Positions 1 through 13,023 of a DNA stretch of 64,000 bases are shown one piece after another (within the stretch, counting starts at the first letter, position 1; every line of letters begins with the position of its first letter). Under the pieces are notes generated by a model. The model did not search any database. It was not told the DNA's origin and worked only from the letters and a program-made list of their open reading frames with translations. The translations under genes were made by a program, and so were the position numbers. Source of the stretch: Octopus vulgaris (Eukaryota); NCBI GenBank assembly GCA_951406725.2, contig OX597822.1, positions 94,488,001-94,552,000 of the forward strand, written 5' to 3'.

Positions 1-1401
1 TCATGTCCAGTGTCTCTTATTAGGATTCCTGTGCTTCTTTAATCCATACACTGAGACACAAATGTATCATTAGAAGTAGGTCTGACAATTGCAGCCTGTG
101 TTTTGGCTAAATTTTCAACATTAAAGTCACAAAATTACAGCAAATAGTGTCACAACTTTTACCTTTTTCAATTAAGATAATTTCTCATGATAAGTCCTGG
201 ATCCTGGTGTGTTTATTGTACTTCTTGACATGAAGGAGAAACTTAATCTGCCTTCATCTCTTCATTAGCAAAAATATCTGATTTTTCTCTTCACCTTCTC
301 CTGGGTTATCTCTAGTAGCAAAGAAATTCTGTTGGATTTTACAAAATTCTTCCATCTACCATTCCTTGTTGTGATACATGGGCAAATTGTTAGAGTGTTG
401 GAGAGATTGTCTCACTGTATTTATTCTGACACTTGGGGCTATGAGTTCAAATCCTATAGAGGTCAACTTTGCAGTTCATACTTTTGGGGTCATAAAAAAA
501 GTACCAATCTAGGATAGTGGACTGGCAGAACTGTAAGAACATTGGACAGGATACCATACATTCAGTTTCTGCATCTTGGGTTCAAATCTAACCATGGCTT
601 ATTTGAGTGGTGAACTTAATTCATTACTTGGTTGAACATCACTGGCTGATACCTTGCACCCTTTCAGCAAAGTCTACTTTGTTGTGAGCATTTAGGCAGG
701 TCAACACCTTCCTTTTTACTAGTCTTGGAGGTATTGTAACAGGTCATGGGAACTGCCTTTTCTCCTGACTAAAAAGATAAAAAATTTGCTATCACTTCCA
801 TTACTGCATTGCTTCCCCTTTAATCACCCTCTCTACCATCAGTCATTCTCTTTTCTCTCCTACCTCTCATATCACTTGATATTTTTCTATTCAATTTCCT
901 TACCAACAACCGTCATGTAGCTGTTACTGTCTCTCTTTCATTACTCCCTCCTCTATCACACTCTCAGTTTTATCACTTTGTTTCTCCCATCATACTCTCT
1001 CTTCTATAACACTCTCAGCCTGGTTCTTTATCTTTCATTTCTCTTTCTTCTATACAGACTGTTAACCATGTTGCACATTTACTATATGGTCAATGCCCTA
1101 AGCAATCAATGCCATAAGTAATGTCACCATACTCTAATATGTCTGTCTGTCTGTATGTATGTATGTATGTATGTATGTGTGTATGTATGTATCTATCTAT
1201 CAATTTATCTGTCTATCACACCCACACACATGCGCACTAGCACATACACACACACACACAACTACATATATGTTTTGTATTCTCTGAGTGTATGAAGATT
1301 TGAAGCATATAATTTGATAGAATATCAATGCCAATCCTTAAGCAGATCAAGCTACATATGCTGATGTATGTATTAATATGTATATTGTACATACGTATAT
1401 T

Positions 1402-1452
<51 letters not shown>

Positions 1453-1579
1453 TATAGACATGCATGTAATATCCAACTGTTAAAGAGATTGTCAATATAT
1501 CTTCGGTATTAGTCTCAACTTATGTTTTTTTAAACAAGATAAGAAATATCACATGCTGACGAAACAAATCATAACCAAT

Positions 1580-1666
1580 ACCATCCCCTCATCACCACCA
1601 CCACCACCATCACCCTCACTACCACCACCACCACCACCACCACCACCACCAACATTGTCGTCATTG

Positions 1667-1705
<39 letters not shown>

Positions 1706-1748
1706 CCATCACCATCATCATCATCATCATCATCATCACCATCACCAC

Positions 1749-1788
<40 letters not shown>

Positions 1789-1839
1789 TTCATCATCATC
1801 ATCATCATCACCACCACCAACACCACCAACACCACCACC

Positions 1840-1873
<34 letters not shown>

Positions 1874-2425
1874 TCGCCATCATCACCACTACTGCCATTA
1901 TTGCCTTTGACATTATCAGCATTATTACAATCTTCCTTTTCTACTCCTCATCATCATCCATATCGCATCACCCTCATCATCATCATCATCATCATCATCA
2001 TCTTCAGCATTGATCCTTGCTTACTAATAGATTTCTACTTTCTTTTCTATTTTACTAGATAAAAACGAACCGGATGCATCCGTAGTACAACTCTAAACTG
2101 TTACTATTACTTCCATAGTTAATATGTAAAGACTTGTATTTCTGAGATCTAAATCAATAAAACATAGCTGGATGCCATGAGTTAACTCCAAAGATTTTAA
2201 TATAAATCATCATCAACATCATCATCATCACCATCATCATCACCATCATCATCATCATCATCGTCATCATCATCATTATCATCATCACCACCACCACCAT
2301 CATGTCATCATCAATATCATCACCATCATCATCATCATCATCATCATCACCATCATCATCACCATCATCATCATCATCGTCATCATCATCATCACCATCA
2401 CCATCATCATCTCATCATCGTCACT
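1580..2425. repeat. (CAT)n/(CAC)n compound microsatellites
   Basis: Direct inspection. Similar tracts at 5660-5848, 18170-18385 and 50121-50372; (ACT)n at 11801-12015. Confidence 0.95.
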
Positions 2426-2451
2426 ATTTTATATCTACTCTCCATGCTGGC

Positions 2452-2762
2452 GTGGAGACGCAATGGCCCAGTGGTTAGGGCAGCAGACTCGCGGTCGGAG
2501 GATCGTGGTTTCCATTCCCAGACCGGGCGTTGTGTGTGTTTATTAAGCGAAAACACTTAAAGCTCCACGAGGCTCCGGCAGGGGGTGGGTGGGGGTGGGG
2601 TGGCGACCCCTGTTGTACTCTTTCGCCCCAACTTTCTTTCACTCTTTCTTCCTGTTTCTTGAGTAACGCTGCGATGGACTGGCGTGCTGTCCAGCTGGGA
2701 GGAACACATAAGCCACAGAAACCAGGAAACCGGGCCCATGAGCCTGGCTAGGCTTGAAAAGA
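2452..2762 (+). mobile_element. SINE family B, tail type 1
   Basis: tRNA-like head tggcccagtggttagg...ggtttc.attccc. Tail gcgatggactggcg...ggaaaccgggccc. Relative at 45988-46278 (-). Confidence 0.85.
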
Positions 2763-3214
2763 ATTTGAATGTGACAAGAAAGTATTACAATTCAGATTTT
2801 TCAAGCCAAACCAGCTGGCAGAAGACCTAGAAGTAGACTGTGAATGAGATGTTTGGATAATATTCATATTCTCAGTAAAGTGGCAAGCTGGCAGAATCAT
2901 TAGCATGCTGGGAAAAATGCTTAGCAACATTTCAACCATATTTACATTCTGAGTTCAAACTCCACCAAGGTTAACTTTGCTTTTCATCAGTTCAGGGTTG
3001 ATAAAATATGTACTAGGCTTCACTTTTACATTTCCATGCTGGCATGAGTAAGATGAGTTGGTATAGTCCAAGGTATCTATTATTGAGAGAAACTGCTCCA
3101 TTAGAACAGTGCTCATTCATGACCTTTGTCTTGATTTCTATGGCTGGATGCCCTTCCTATTGCCAAGAAATGATATTAGATATTTTAAGTATTAATTTAG
3201 AACAGTAAAAATAA

Positions 3215-3547
3215 TATGGAAAGTGTAACCTCTCGAAAGAGCTGTTCTTCACTCCTGCTCCAGAGCGTTGGCTGCGGGGTCATTCCAAAAAGCTCTATCT
3301 GTGACGATTTCATCTCAATCGAAGGAGAGGGGCTTTCCCCGTCCGGGTTGCGGATCCGTGGAATAAGCTGCCGGACGAGATGGTGAAGATGCCGACGACC
3401 GCTCGGTTCAAAGTCTCCCTTGACCACAAGTGGCCTGAACTCTTTACATGAACACCACCCTGTATATAACTCCATGTCCACCTACATGGCCTTGCTTTTT
3501 GCTTTTAGAGCCAAAAAATTAACTAACTAACTAACTAACTTACTAAC
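3215..3547 (+). mobile_element. CR1-like LINE 3' end
   Basis: LRGHSKKL...F..RV.DPWNKLP.EMV......FK..LD* followed by an (AACT)n tail. Confidence 0.8.
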
Positions 3548-3966
3548 AGTCTTGTTGGCAGGGCAGGTATACAGAGGGCTTCCCACTTCCATTTGATGTA
3601 ATTAGGTTCTATAATTGTTTTTGTCATGCATCAATCATATAATTGTTTTGTCATGCATCAAACCAAGGTCAGGACATTCAGCGATATGGAACATTAACAG
3701 AATAAACTATTCTGCAAGCATTAACCAACAGACTAATTATACTCTTTTACTCTTTTACTTGTTTCAGTCATTTGACTGCGGCCATGCTGGAGTATTGCCT
3801 TTGGTTGAGCAACTCGACCCCAGGACTTATTCTTTGTAAGCCTGGTACATATTCTATCGGTCTCTTTTGCTGAACCGCTGGGTTACGGGGACGTAAACAA
3901 ACCAGCATCAGTTACCAAGGGATGTTGGAGGGACAAACACAGACACACAAACAAATACACATACAC

Positions 3967-4001
<35 letters not shown>

Positions 4002-4189
4002 TATGACGAGCTTCTTTCAGTTTCCGTCTACTAAATCCACTCACAAGGCTTTGGTCAGCCCAAAGCTATAGTAGAAGACACTTGCCCAAGGTGCCACACA
4101 GTGGGACTGAACCAGGAACCATGTGGCTGGTAAGCAAGCTACTTACCACGTAGCCACTCCTACACCTATGAACAAAATTTTTATTTTTA

Positions 4190-4826
4190 ATTTTTTTGTC
4201 TTTGAGCAGTGTTATTTCCTATTTGCTTCAATCTGAAAATCAAAGAAAATGACAACTATTCCCTTCAAACTTTGCTTTTGTGACCTGGACATCAATGCTC
4301 AGAAACTGACCTATTTTTCAATACCTTTCAGACAGATTCAGCACTGAATTGCTGAAGCAGAAATACCGTTATAACAAATATTCTGCTCAATACTACAGAT
4401 TTGCATGTTAGTTGTTTGACCTTAATCACTTGAGCATGTTCCTCAGTGGCTGACAATATGTGAATCTCTGATCATGAGCAGGAGTAGTAGGGGAGTATCA
4501 TAGCCATGTGTTGAGGGAGATTCTTTGGGGTCTGAATAAATGAACAAAACCAAAGTTTGAAGGAAATATTAACCATTTTATATACTTTCTAGGGGTTATA
4601 ATAATAATAATAATAATAATTGTGTACAGTGCTCAGGTGCACTACAACTCATCTAAAGTGTATATATAATCAGGTGTAGTTTCGGTGGATTTCAGAAAGC
4701 ATGAGGGCCTTAAAGGATGCAGTGTCATGGCAGTCAACAACTGACGCAGGCAGTTTATTCCATGCTTCAGCAACTCTGAGCGTGAAATAACAGTTTCTAC
4801 CCAAGGACAAAAATTAAGTTACCCCT
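4190..4826. mobile_element. Sister MITE copy with a nested CR1 tail (4600-4790)
   Basis: Reverse-complement homology to 30520-30965. Confidence 0.6.
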
Positions 4827-4827
4827 A

Positions 4828-5249
4828 GGCGCAGGAGTGGCTGTGTGGTAAGTAGCTTGCTTACCAACCACATGGTTCCAGGTTCAATCCCACCGCGTGG
4901 TACCTTGGGCAAGTGTCTTCTGCTAATAGCTTTGGGCCGACCAAAGCCTTCTGAGTGGATTTTGTAGACAGAAACTGAAAGAAGCCTGTTGTATATATGT
5001 ATATATATGTATGTATGTGTATGTATGTGTTTGTGTGTCTGTGTTTGTCCCCCCAACATTGCTTGACAACCGATGCTGGTGTGTTTACGTCCCTGTAACT
5101 CAGCGGTTCGGCAAAAAAGACTGATAGAATAAGTACTAGGCTTACAAAGAATAAGTCCTGGGGTCGATTTGCTCGACTAAAAGGCGATGCTCCAGCATGG
5201 CCACAGTCAGATGACTGAAATACGTAAAAAAGTAAAAGAGTAAAAGAGT
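4828..5249 (+). mobile_element. SINE family A (tRNA-like head, internal (TA)n/(GT)n, stem-loop + (GTAAAAGA)n tail), representative copy
   Basis: Head ggctgtgtggtaag...ggttca.tccc. Copies at 7028-7395, 9935-10287, 23783-23940, 35092-35488, 50672-51081, 54702-55082 (+) and 3741-4166, 10587-10985, 13250-13410, 15402-15835, 16756-17102, 20079-20527, 20654-21039, 31892-32305, 43403-43815, 51505-51911, 51920-52300 (-). Confidence 0.92.
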
Positions 5250-5769
5250 GTTATCTTTGAGCGATAAAATACTACCACATTCAGTTATCATTATCATATA
5301 TCATTCTTTCCCATTCTAGTTAAATATGACCAGGATGATGATTGATTTTTGAGGCAGAATTTTATGGTTGGATGCTCTTCCTGTTCCCAATCTGTTTTAC
5401 AGATAAGTGGTGGGGGGTTGTTTATATTTCAAAAGCATTCAAAAGCACTCAGTGGCCAGTCATAATCTCACACAAGGAACATCATTCTCAGCACTATTTC
5501 GTGCACATGGTAATCTGAAAAATATCAATATTCATACATGTTTCCATACACACGTATGCACATGCGTGCACGTGTGTGTGTGTGTGATACAGACAGTGTG
5601 TATGTGTGTGTGTGCGTGTGTGTGCATGCGTGTATGTACACGTACATGCATGTGTGTGTCATCACCACCGTTGTCGTCGTCGTCATCATCATCATCCTCC
5701 TTGTTGTTGTCATTGTTGTCGTCGTCATCGCCGTCATTGTCGTCATCACCGTCATCGCCGTCATCGTTG

Positions 5770-5835
<66 letters not shown>

Positions 5836-6022
5836 GCATCACCATCATTTAATGGCTGGCTTTCAGGCTGGCCTGGCTTTGACAGTCCGACAGGGTCTAA
5901 CAAGTTGAAGGACTGCATTATGCGCTAACATCATCTTTGGCATTGCTTCTATCTTTGAGTGCTCTTCTTAATGCCAACCACTTTACAACCCCCCCCCCCC
6001 CCATATAAACCCCACACATATA

Positions 6023-6280
6023 TATTTCTTTACTACCCACAAGGGGCTAAACACAGAGGGGACAAACAAGGACAGATAAACGGATTAAGTCGATTATATC
6101 GACTCCAGTGCGTAACTGGTACTTAATTTATCGACCCCGAAAGGATGAAAGGCAAAGTCGACCCCGAAAGGATGAAAGGCAAAGTCGACCTCGGCGGAAT
6201 TTGAACCCAGAACGTAATGGCAGACGAAATACGGCTACGCATTTCTCCCGGCATGCTAACGTTTCTGCCAGCTCGCTGCC
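6023..6280 (-). mobile_element. SINE family C, representative copy
   Basis: Head ggcgagctggcagaaacgttagca...gagttcaaattcc. Copies at 26086-26311, 26780-27005, 33551-33766, 40323-40535 (-); older fragments at ~380-590, 2880-3015, 13070-13190, 43000-43180. Confidence 0.9.
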
Positions 6281-7742
6281 TGTTACCCCAACACACATCC
6301 CATACCTACATAAATGCTCGAAAAGGTTTAACCAAAGAATTTAATCAAAACATACAAAAAGCACTCAAGCAAACATACAGATGTTTATGTGGCCTTTGGG
6401 CACCAGCCCAACAATCCCCACCCCCTCCAAAAATGCTACACATATAGTACAAATGCATACATTCATACTCTACCAGAACATCAACCCTAAAACAAACACA
6501 TTTCCCATACACACTTTTCCAGAAAACTCTTGTCGCTGCCTAGCAACACCAAGCAGAGACAGTGTTTTGGTGCCAAGGGACATAACTCTTAACTTAAATC
6601 TTGCTCTGTTCATTTTGTCGTCTTCTTCACAGCAACCACAATAGAGAACAGTCACCATATTTCATTTCATAACTGCTACCTCTAAGGAGCATAGGGTTAC
6701 ATAATCAGGCTGTTATCTAACACTCTGTTGACTTCCTAGTGTGAAACTGATTAGTAAGATCAACCATAATGGATATATTATTCTGTACTCTTTGATTAAT
6801 ATATATATATATATATATACACACTGCATAAATAATATTTTTATAAACAAACTTGAAAGGCTTTGCAAGTTAGCTCATCATTATTTAGACATTTTTTTTA
6901 TATCTAAAAATTGTCACTTCAAATTGGAGAATAAATATCATTATGATATATATATTATATACAATTATTATATATAAAAATATATATATACACACATATA
7001 CATACATACATCACTTTGTTATATATAGACATAGGTATAGCTTTGTGGTAAGAAGCTTGCTTCTCAACTAAATGGTTTTAGGTTCAGTTCTACTCTGTGG
7101 AACTTTGGGTAAGTCTTCTATTGTAGTTCTGGGCCAAACAGAGTCTTGTGAATGAGTTTCATAGATGGAAACTGAAAGTAGCTCGTCATGTGTGTATGTG
7201 TGCCTTTGTTTTGTGTTCATTCTGCATCACCACTCAACAGCTTGTGTTGGTGTGTTTACATCCCTGTAACTTATCAGTTTAGCCAAAGATACCAATAGAA
7301 TAAATACAAGGCTTGAAAAGTACAGGAGTCAATTTGTACTCCAGTATGGCTGCAGTCCAGTGACTGAAACAAGTCAAAAATAAAAAAATAAAAGACATAT
7401 ATAGTGATATATAGTAATATAAAGTGCATTAAAATATATTTAGCATAGGGCAGACATTATCTCATAGAACTCAGTATGTTGAACAGGGTGGATAAATATG
7501 TTATTTATATCAATTTTTGATATACTAAACATGCACAGATACACATATACGTGTGTGTGTGTATATATATCATCATCATCATCATCATCATCGTTTAACG
7601 TCCGTATGTATATATATTGATTTTAATCACCTTATTTTGAAACTGTATGGATAATACCGTATTAAATTCTGGGGCCTCAACTTAAGTACTTAATTCATTT
7701 GAATCTAAATTTTTGCTATATAAATATATATATATATATATG

Positions 7743-7806
<64 letters not shown>

Positions 7807-7808
<2 letters not shown>

Positions 7809-8144
7809 AAAGAATGGAGTTGAACGACTAGTTAACAAATATCCTTTATTCTCGACATATGTTTCGAAGGCTGCATATTCCTAATTCCAAAGGAATATGG
7901 ATTAGGAATATGCAGCCTTCGAAACATATGTCGAGAATAAAGGATATTTGTTAACCAGTCGTTCAATTCCATTCTTTCATATACTTATAATTTTAAAATA
8001 AACGTACAAATTTCCGCACGAAGACACGTAGTCTATGCCCTAGAGACGTAGCTTCAACCGTGTTCTTTCTGATGTGAATTTGCTACCTAGGTATCGGTTA
8101 TCTTTCGAATTATCCTTAATAAGATAATTCATTCAACTACTCAA

Positions 8145-8145
<1 letters not shown>
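7807..8145 (+). mobile_element. Non-coding fold-back element in (TA)n carrying the 3' half of a hammerhead (Penelope/retrozyme-like)
   Basis: 79-bp inverted arms 7807-7885 / 7901-7979 (2 mismatches). GAAAC-AUAU-GUC^ at 7921-7932 followed by AATAAA. (TA)n on both sides. Confidence 0.7.
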
Positions 8146-8195
<50 letters not shown>

Positions 8196-8196
<1 letters not shown>

Positions 8197-8693
8197 TAGC
8201 AGTATCGCCCGGCGTTGCTCGGGTTTGTAAGAGAAATAACTATATAAGCATTTTTAGAGAGTTACTTCCCTTATAGATGCCAATTCGGGCTTTCTTAGCC
8301 ATTTCTGTTTTGGTGTCTTCAAGCCATGAAGTCGTTGTTCTAAAAGAACGCTGGTCTCCTTGACAACACTTTACAACGTTGATTTCCTTACACTCCTTTC
8401 CCCACAGCTTCACGAGGGAGGGAAGAAGAGGGAGAAGCAAACAGGTGCAGGTGTGACCATGGACGCCAACTCCGCCACCATCGGCACACGAAAAATTATG
8501 CATTAAAATGGAATAAAAAATTATGTTAAATTATTTTTAAAATCGTAGACTCATCGTAGATGCACGCTAATACTCAGATGGGCTTGATATGAATCACGAC
8601 TATAAGATACCCAAATTTGGTTAAACTGCACCGCAAAATGTGGGAGTAGTTAGGAATCTAAATCGAAGGGGACAGACACTCACACAACTACAG

Positions 8694-8700
<7 letters not shown>
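8196..8700 (-). mobile_element. Non-autonomous Helitron-like element in (TA)n
   Basis: Minus-strand 3' end is hairpin CCCG-AGCAACGC-CGGG, then a short spacer, then CTAG, the Helitron 3' signature. Confidence 0.65.
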
Positions 8701-8756
<56 letters not shown>

Positions 8757-8757
8757 G

Positions 8758-8800
<43 letters not shown>

Positions 8801-9111
8801 ATATGTATGTATGTATGTATATATATATATATATATTGTTGTAGTTCATTTGCCGCATTGCAGAATAGAAAATGGTGATTTAGAAAGCCATGACAATGCA
8901 GTTAGTAAAAATATTTTTCTGTTTTAAAAAAATCAGAAAAACGTAAAAATTTTACCAGAAATACTAATATTTTTTTTTCTCAACTGCATTGCTGTGGCTT
9001 TTGAATTCAATGTCTATGCACACACACACACACACACAAACACACACATATATATGTGTATACATATATATATGTGTATATCTATATATCTATCTTATAA
9101 TATATATTATA

Positions 9112-9240
<129 letters not shown>

Positions 9241-10298
9241 CATTGTCCTTATCATCACCATCATTATCATATACATATAAATATATCTATATATCAGGAA
9301 TAGCTGACCTTTCACACACATTATATTGTAAACAAAATTATTTTCATATTTGCTTTGAAACAATAATGTTTCCAAGTTAATTCATGTTCCAAGGCCTACA
9401 CAATCAGATCTTCTGAATAAAGTAATGATTTTTTTTTCTAAATCTTTTTTTCACTTATTTCAGCCATTGGACTGCGACCATGCTGCAGCTCTGACATGAA
9501 GGATTTAGTTGAACAAATTGATCCCAGTGCTTATATTCTTTTTTTAAGTTTGGTACTTATTCTATCCATTTCTTTCTGCCAAACTGCTAAGTCATGGGGG
9601 ACGTAAACAAACCAATATTGGTTGTCGCTGGTGGTCAAATGGGACACAAACACAAAACCACTCACAGACACAAGCACGGACACACACACATGCATGCACA
9701 CACTTGCACACACACACAAGCACTGACACACACACGAATGCACACACTTGCACACACACACACACAAACACACACCCACACACATTTATCTATCTATCTG
9801 TCTACCTGAAAGCATGATACATGCCACTAGGTAGCATATATATATTGTTTCAGCTTTTGGCTTATATGTATGTATGTGCTTGTTTGTGTGTATACTGGCT
9901 TCAACCAATAACTTTTTCAAAAGTTAACAGATAACTGCGTGGCATCTTGGGCAAGTGTCTTCTGCTATAGCCCCGGGCCGACCAATGCCTTGTGAGTGGA
10001 TTTGGTAGATGGAAACTGAAAGAAGCCTGTCGTATATATGTATATATGTATATATATATGTATGTGTTTGTGTGATTGTGTGTCTGTGTTTGTCCCCCTA
10101 GCATTACTTGACAACCGATGCTGGTGTGTTTACATCCCCGTCACTTAGCGGTTCGGCAAAAATAGAGTAAGTACTGGGCTTACAAAGAATAAGTCCTGGG
10201 GTCGAGTTGCTCGATCAAAGGCGGTGCTCCAGCATGGCCGCAGTCAAATGACTGAAACAAGTAAAAGAGTAAAAGAGTAAAAGAGTAATATATCAGAA

Positions 10299-11170
10299 AT
10301 GATTTTTCCATCAATTAACAGAACAGTCAATCAAGATCAGGCTGTTCAATACCCTGTTGAATATCGGAACATGCTTAAACCCACTGGGATGCCACTGCAT
10401 AACTTGACACTAAAGCTAGATGCTCCCATTATGTTGCTTAGGAATCTTGACCCACCTTGCCTGAGTAACGGAACTCACTTAATTGTTACTTCCATGAAGC
10501 CCCGTGTCCTACAGGCAACAATCATAACAGATAGTCACAAAGAAGAAAATGTCTTTATTCCAAAATTTCCGCTCATAACTATAGATACTCTCTTTACTCT
10601 TTTACTCTTTTATTTGTTTCAGTAATTTGACTGCGGCCATGCTGGAGCACTGCCTTTAATCGAGCAAATCGACCCCAGGACTTATTCTTTTGCAAGCCCA
10701 GTACTTATTCTATCGGTCTCTTTTGCCGAACTGCTAAGTAATGGGGACATAAACACACCAGCATCGGTTGTCAAGCAATGCTAGGGGGACAAACACAGAC
10801 ACACACATGCATATATATATATATACATATATACGACGGGCTTCTTTCAGTTTCCATCTATCAAATCCACTCACAAGGCTTTGGTCGGCCCGAAGCTATA
10901 GCAGAAGACACTTGCCCAAGGTGCCACGCAGTGGGACTGAACCCAGAACCATGTGGTTGGTAAACAAGCTACTTACCACACAGCCAGATGTTCCATTTGA
11001 ATTTAAGATGCTTCAGTTTCCAGTCAAACTATGTTTTGGTATTTCAATTAACAAATCCCAGGGTCAATCCTTCTAGGTAGTTGGACTGATCTCTTTACTG
11101 CATGCTTCTCCTGTGGTCAACTCTATGCTGGTTGCTCACAAGTTGGAAGCAGCAACAATTTATTCATTTG
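10299..11170 (+). pseudogene. Helitron RepHel Pif1-helicase C-terminal remnant split by a SINE
   Basis: YPVEY.N.L.P.GMP.HNL.LK...PIMLLRNLDPP.L.NGT.L.V ... FIP..PLI | PFEFK.LQFPVKLCF.ISINKSQGQS, then frameshifted GQLY.GCS. SINE at 10587-10985. Confidence 0.9.
10587..10985 (-). mobile_element. SINE family A copy inside the Helitron helicase remnant
   Basis: Flanked by agat (10583-86 / 10986-89). Confidence 0.9.
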
Positions 11171-11229
11171 GACACCATGTATATATATGGGGGTGGGTAA
11201 AGTATCTCATTCTTATGGAATTCTGCATT

Positions 11230-11792
11230 CCAGAGAATTTTGGTGTAATGCAGAATTCTACAAAAGAAAGCCTATTTTTGTATTGACTGTCATGCTTATT
11301 AATTGAGATTCATTTCCCAGTGAAATTAGTATCAACACTGCATCAATACTGGCAGCTTATCCTGTCATATTTATTTTATAGAAAAAGAAAAAAGTGTCTC
11401 TCAAACTTTTCAGACCTGTTTTTATTGGTCTGAAAAGTTTTTACATCAGAAATTACACTTTCCATTCTGTTTGCAAATTATCCTAGAAACTTTTGACTTT
11501 TGCTTGAATGGTCATTGTGTTTATGAACACATTATGATCAGTCTGATTGTTGATCCTCCTACTCAAGAACCATTCCATTTAAAGTATTACTTCAGATCTG
11601 TGAAAAAAATCAATATCTAGACGTTTAGAGTAACTATGTGAATGCATTACTTTAATTTTAGCTTTTTATCACATTTTATTTCCATTTTAGTTGTTGCGAG
11701 TTTTATTGTTTTTATTCCATGATTGAGTTTGTCTCCCACATCAACCCTTTGTAAAATATCAAGTTTGATGTCCAACATAACCCCTTTATGAC
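11230..11792 (-). pseudogene. Tigger/pogo transposase N-terminal remnant
   Basis: KRSHKGVMLDIKLDILQRVDVGDK (HTH-psq-like), ME..L...I.NQ...N..I....IQAK (CENP-B HTH-like) and TG*AASID, with stops and frameshifts. Confidence 0.7.
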
Positions 11793-11801
11793 TTCTTTTC
11801 A

Positions 11802-11852
<51 letters not shown>

Positions 11853-11936
11853 AACTACTACTACTACTATTACTACTACTTCCACCACCACCACTACCAC
11901 TACTACTACTACTACTACCACTACTACTACTTCCAG

Positions 11937-12008
<72 letters not shown>

Positions 12009-12122
12009 TACTACCTTCACTTCCATTTGATGGACTCTTTCCAGCCATCCTGATTGTGAGTAATGTATTATACTACCTGTTTGTAGTTATCACAACAGTA
12101 TCCTTAAACCCTTAAAAATGTT

Positions 12123-12265
12123 TTAGCCCAATGGCTGCGGCCATGCTGGGGCACCACCGCTGGGCACCACCAGTAGCTGGGGCACCACCAGTAGCTGGGG
12201 CACCACCAGTAGCTGGGGCACCACCAGTAGCTGGGGCACCACCGCTGGGGCACTACCAGTAGCTG
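12123..12265 (-). repeat. 18-bp tandem array derived from a LINE/SINE 3' tail
   Basis: (gctggggcaccaccagta)n attached to tagcccaatggctgcggccat. Confidence 0.85.
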
Positions 12266-12632
12266 TCATAAACAAAGAAATCCACACCAAATTGTAAAAA
12301 AAAAAAGCAGAATCCAAGGCCATAGTAGAAGACACTCGCCCAAGATGCCATGCAGTGGGACTGAGCTCAGAACCATGTAGTTGGCAAGTAAACTTCTTAC
12401 CACCTATGCCAACAGAAGAGAAATATATAATACATTACATAATGAGATACACTGTGCACAATAACCAAAGAAGAAAGATGGTAGCAAGTTAATCTTCCTT
12501 GTTTTATACATATTCCCCAATAAGTAATTCTATTTTTTCATTCATATAAATGCATTTGAAGGTATGAAAACTATATTGTTTTTTCTTGCTATTGTTTGAT
12601 GTCTCTAATCAGTTCTATCTGTGATATAAAGT

Positions 12633-13023
12633 GGTGGATGGAAGCACTCCGTCGGTTATGACGACGAGGGTTCCGGTTGATCCGAATCAACGGAACAGCC
12701 TACTCGTGAAATTAACGTGTATGTGGCTGAGCACTCCACAGACACGTGTACCCTTAACGTAGTTCTCGGGGATATTCAGCGTGACACAGAGAGTGACAAG
12801 GCCGGCCCTTTGAAATACAGGTACAACAGAAACAGGAAGTAAGAGTGAGAGAAAGTTGTGGTGAAAGAGTGCAGCAGGGATCACCACCATCCCCTGCCAG
12901 AGACTCGTGGAGCTTTAGGTGTTTTTGCTTAATAAACACTCACAACGCCCGGTCTGGGAATAGAAACCAAGATCCTATGACTGCAAGTTCGCTGCCCTAA
13001 CCACTGGGCCATTGCGCCTCCAC
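12633..13023 (-). mobile_element. SINE family B, tail type 2
   Basis: Same head, different 3' half. Second copy at 52442-52805 (-). Confidence 0.85.

Noticed and set aside
1553-2062. Long low-complexity ORFs (poly-S/P/H/M/D, CV, HT, IY repeats) here and at 5407-5928, 11647-12048 (repeat part), 15574-16419, 50007-50385, 55143-56148
   Set aside because: Translations of microsatellites that are open in several frames and both strands; no domain signal.
11403-11439. 14-bp hairpin aaacttttcagacc/ggtctgaaaagttt
   Set aside because: Lies in the Tigger remnant; no support for a separate function.
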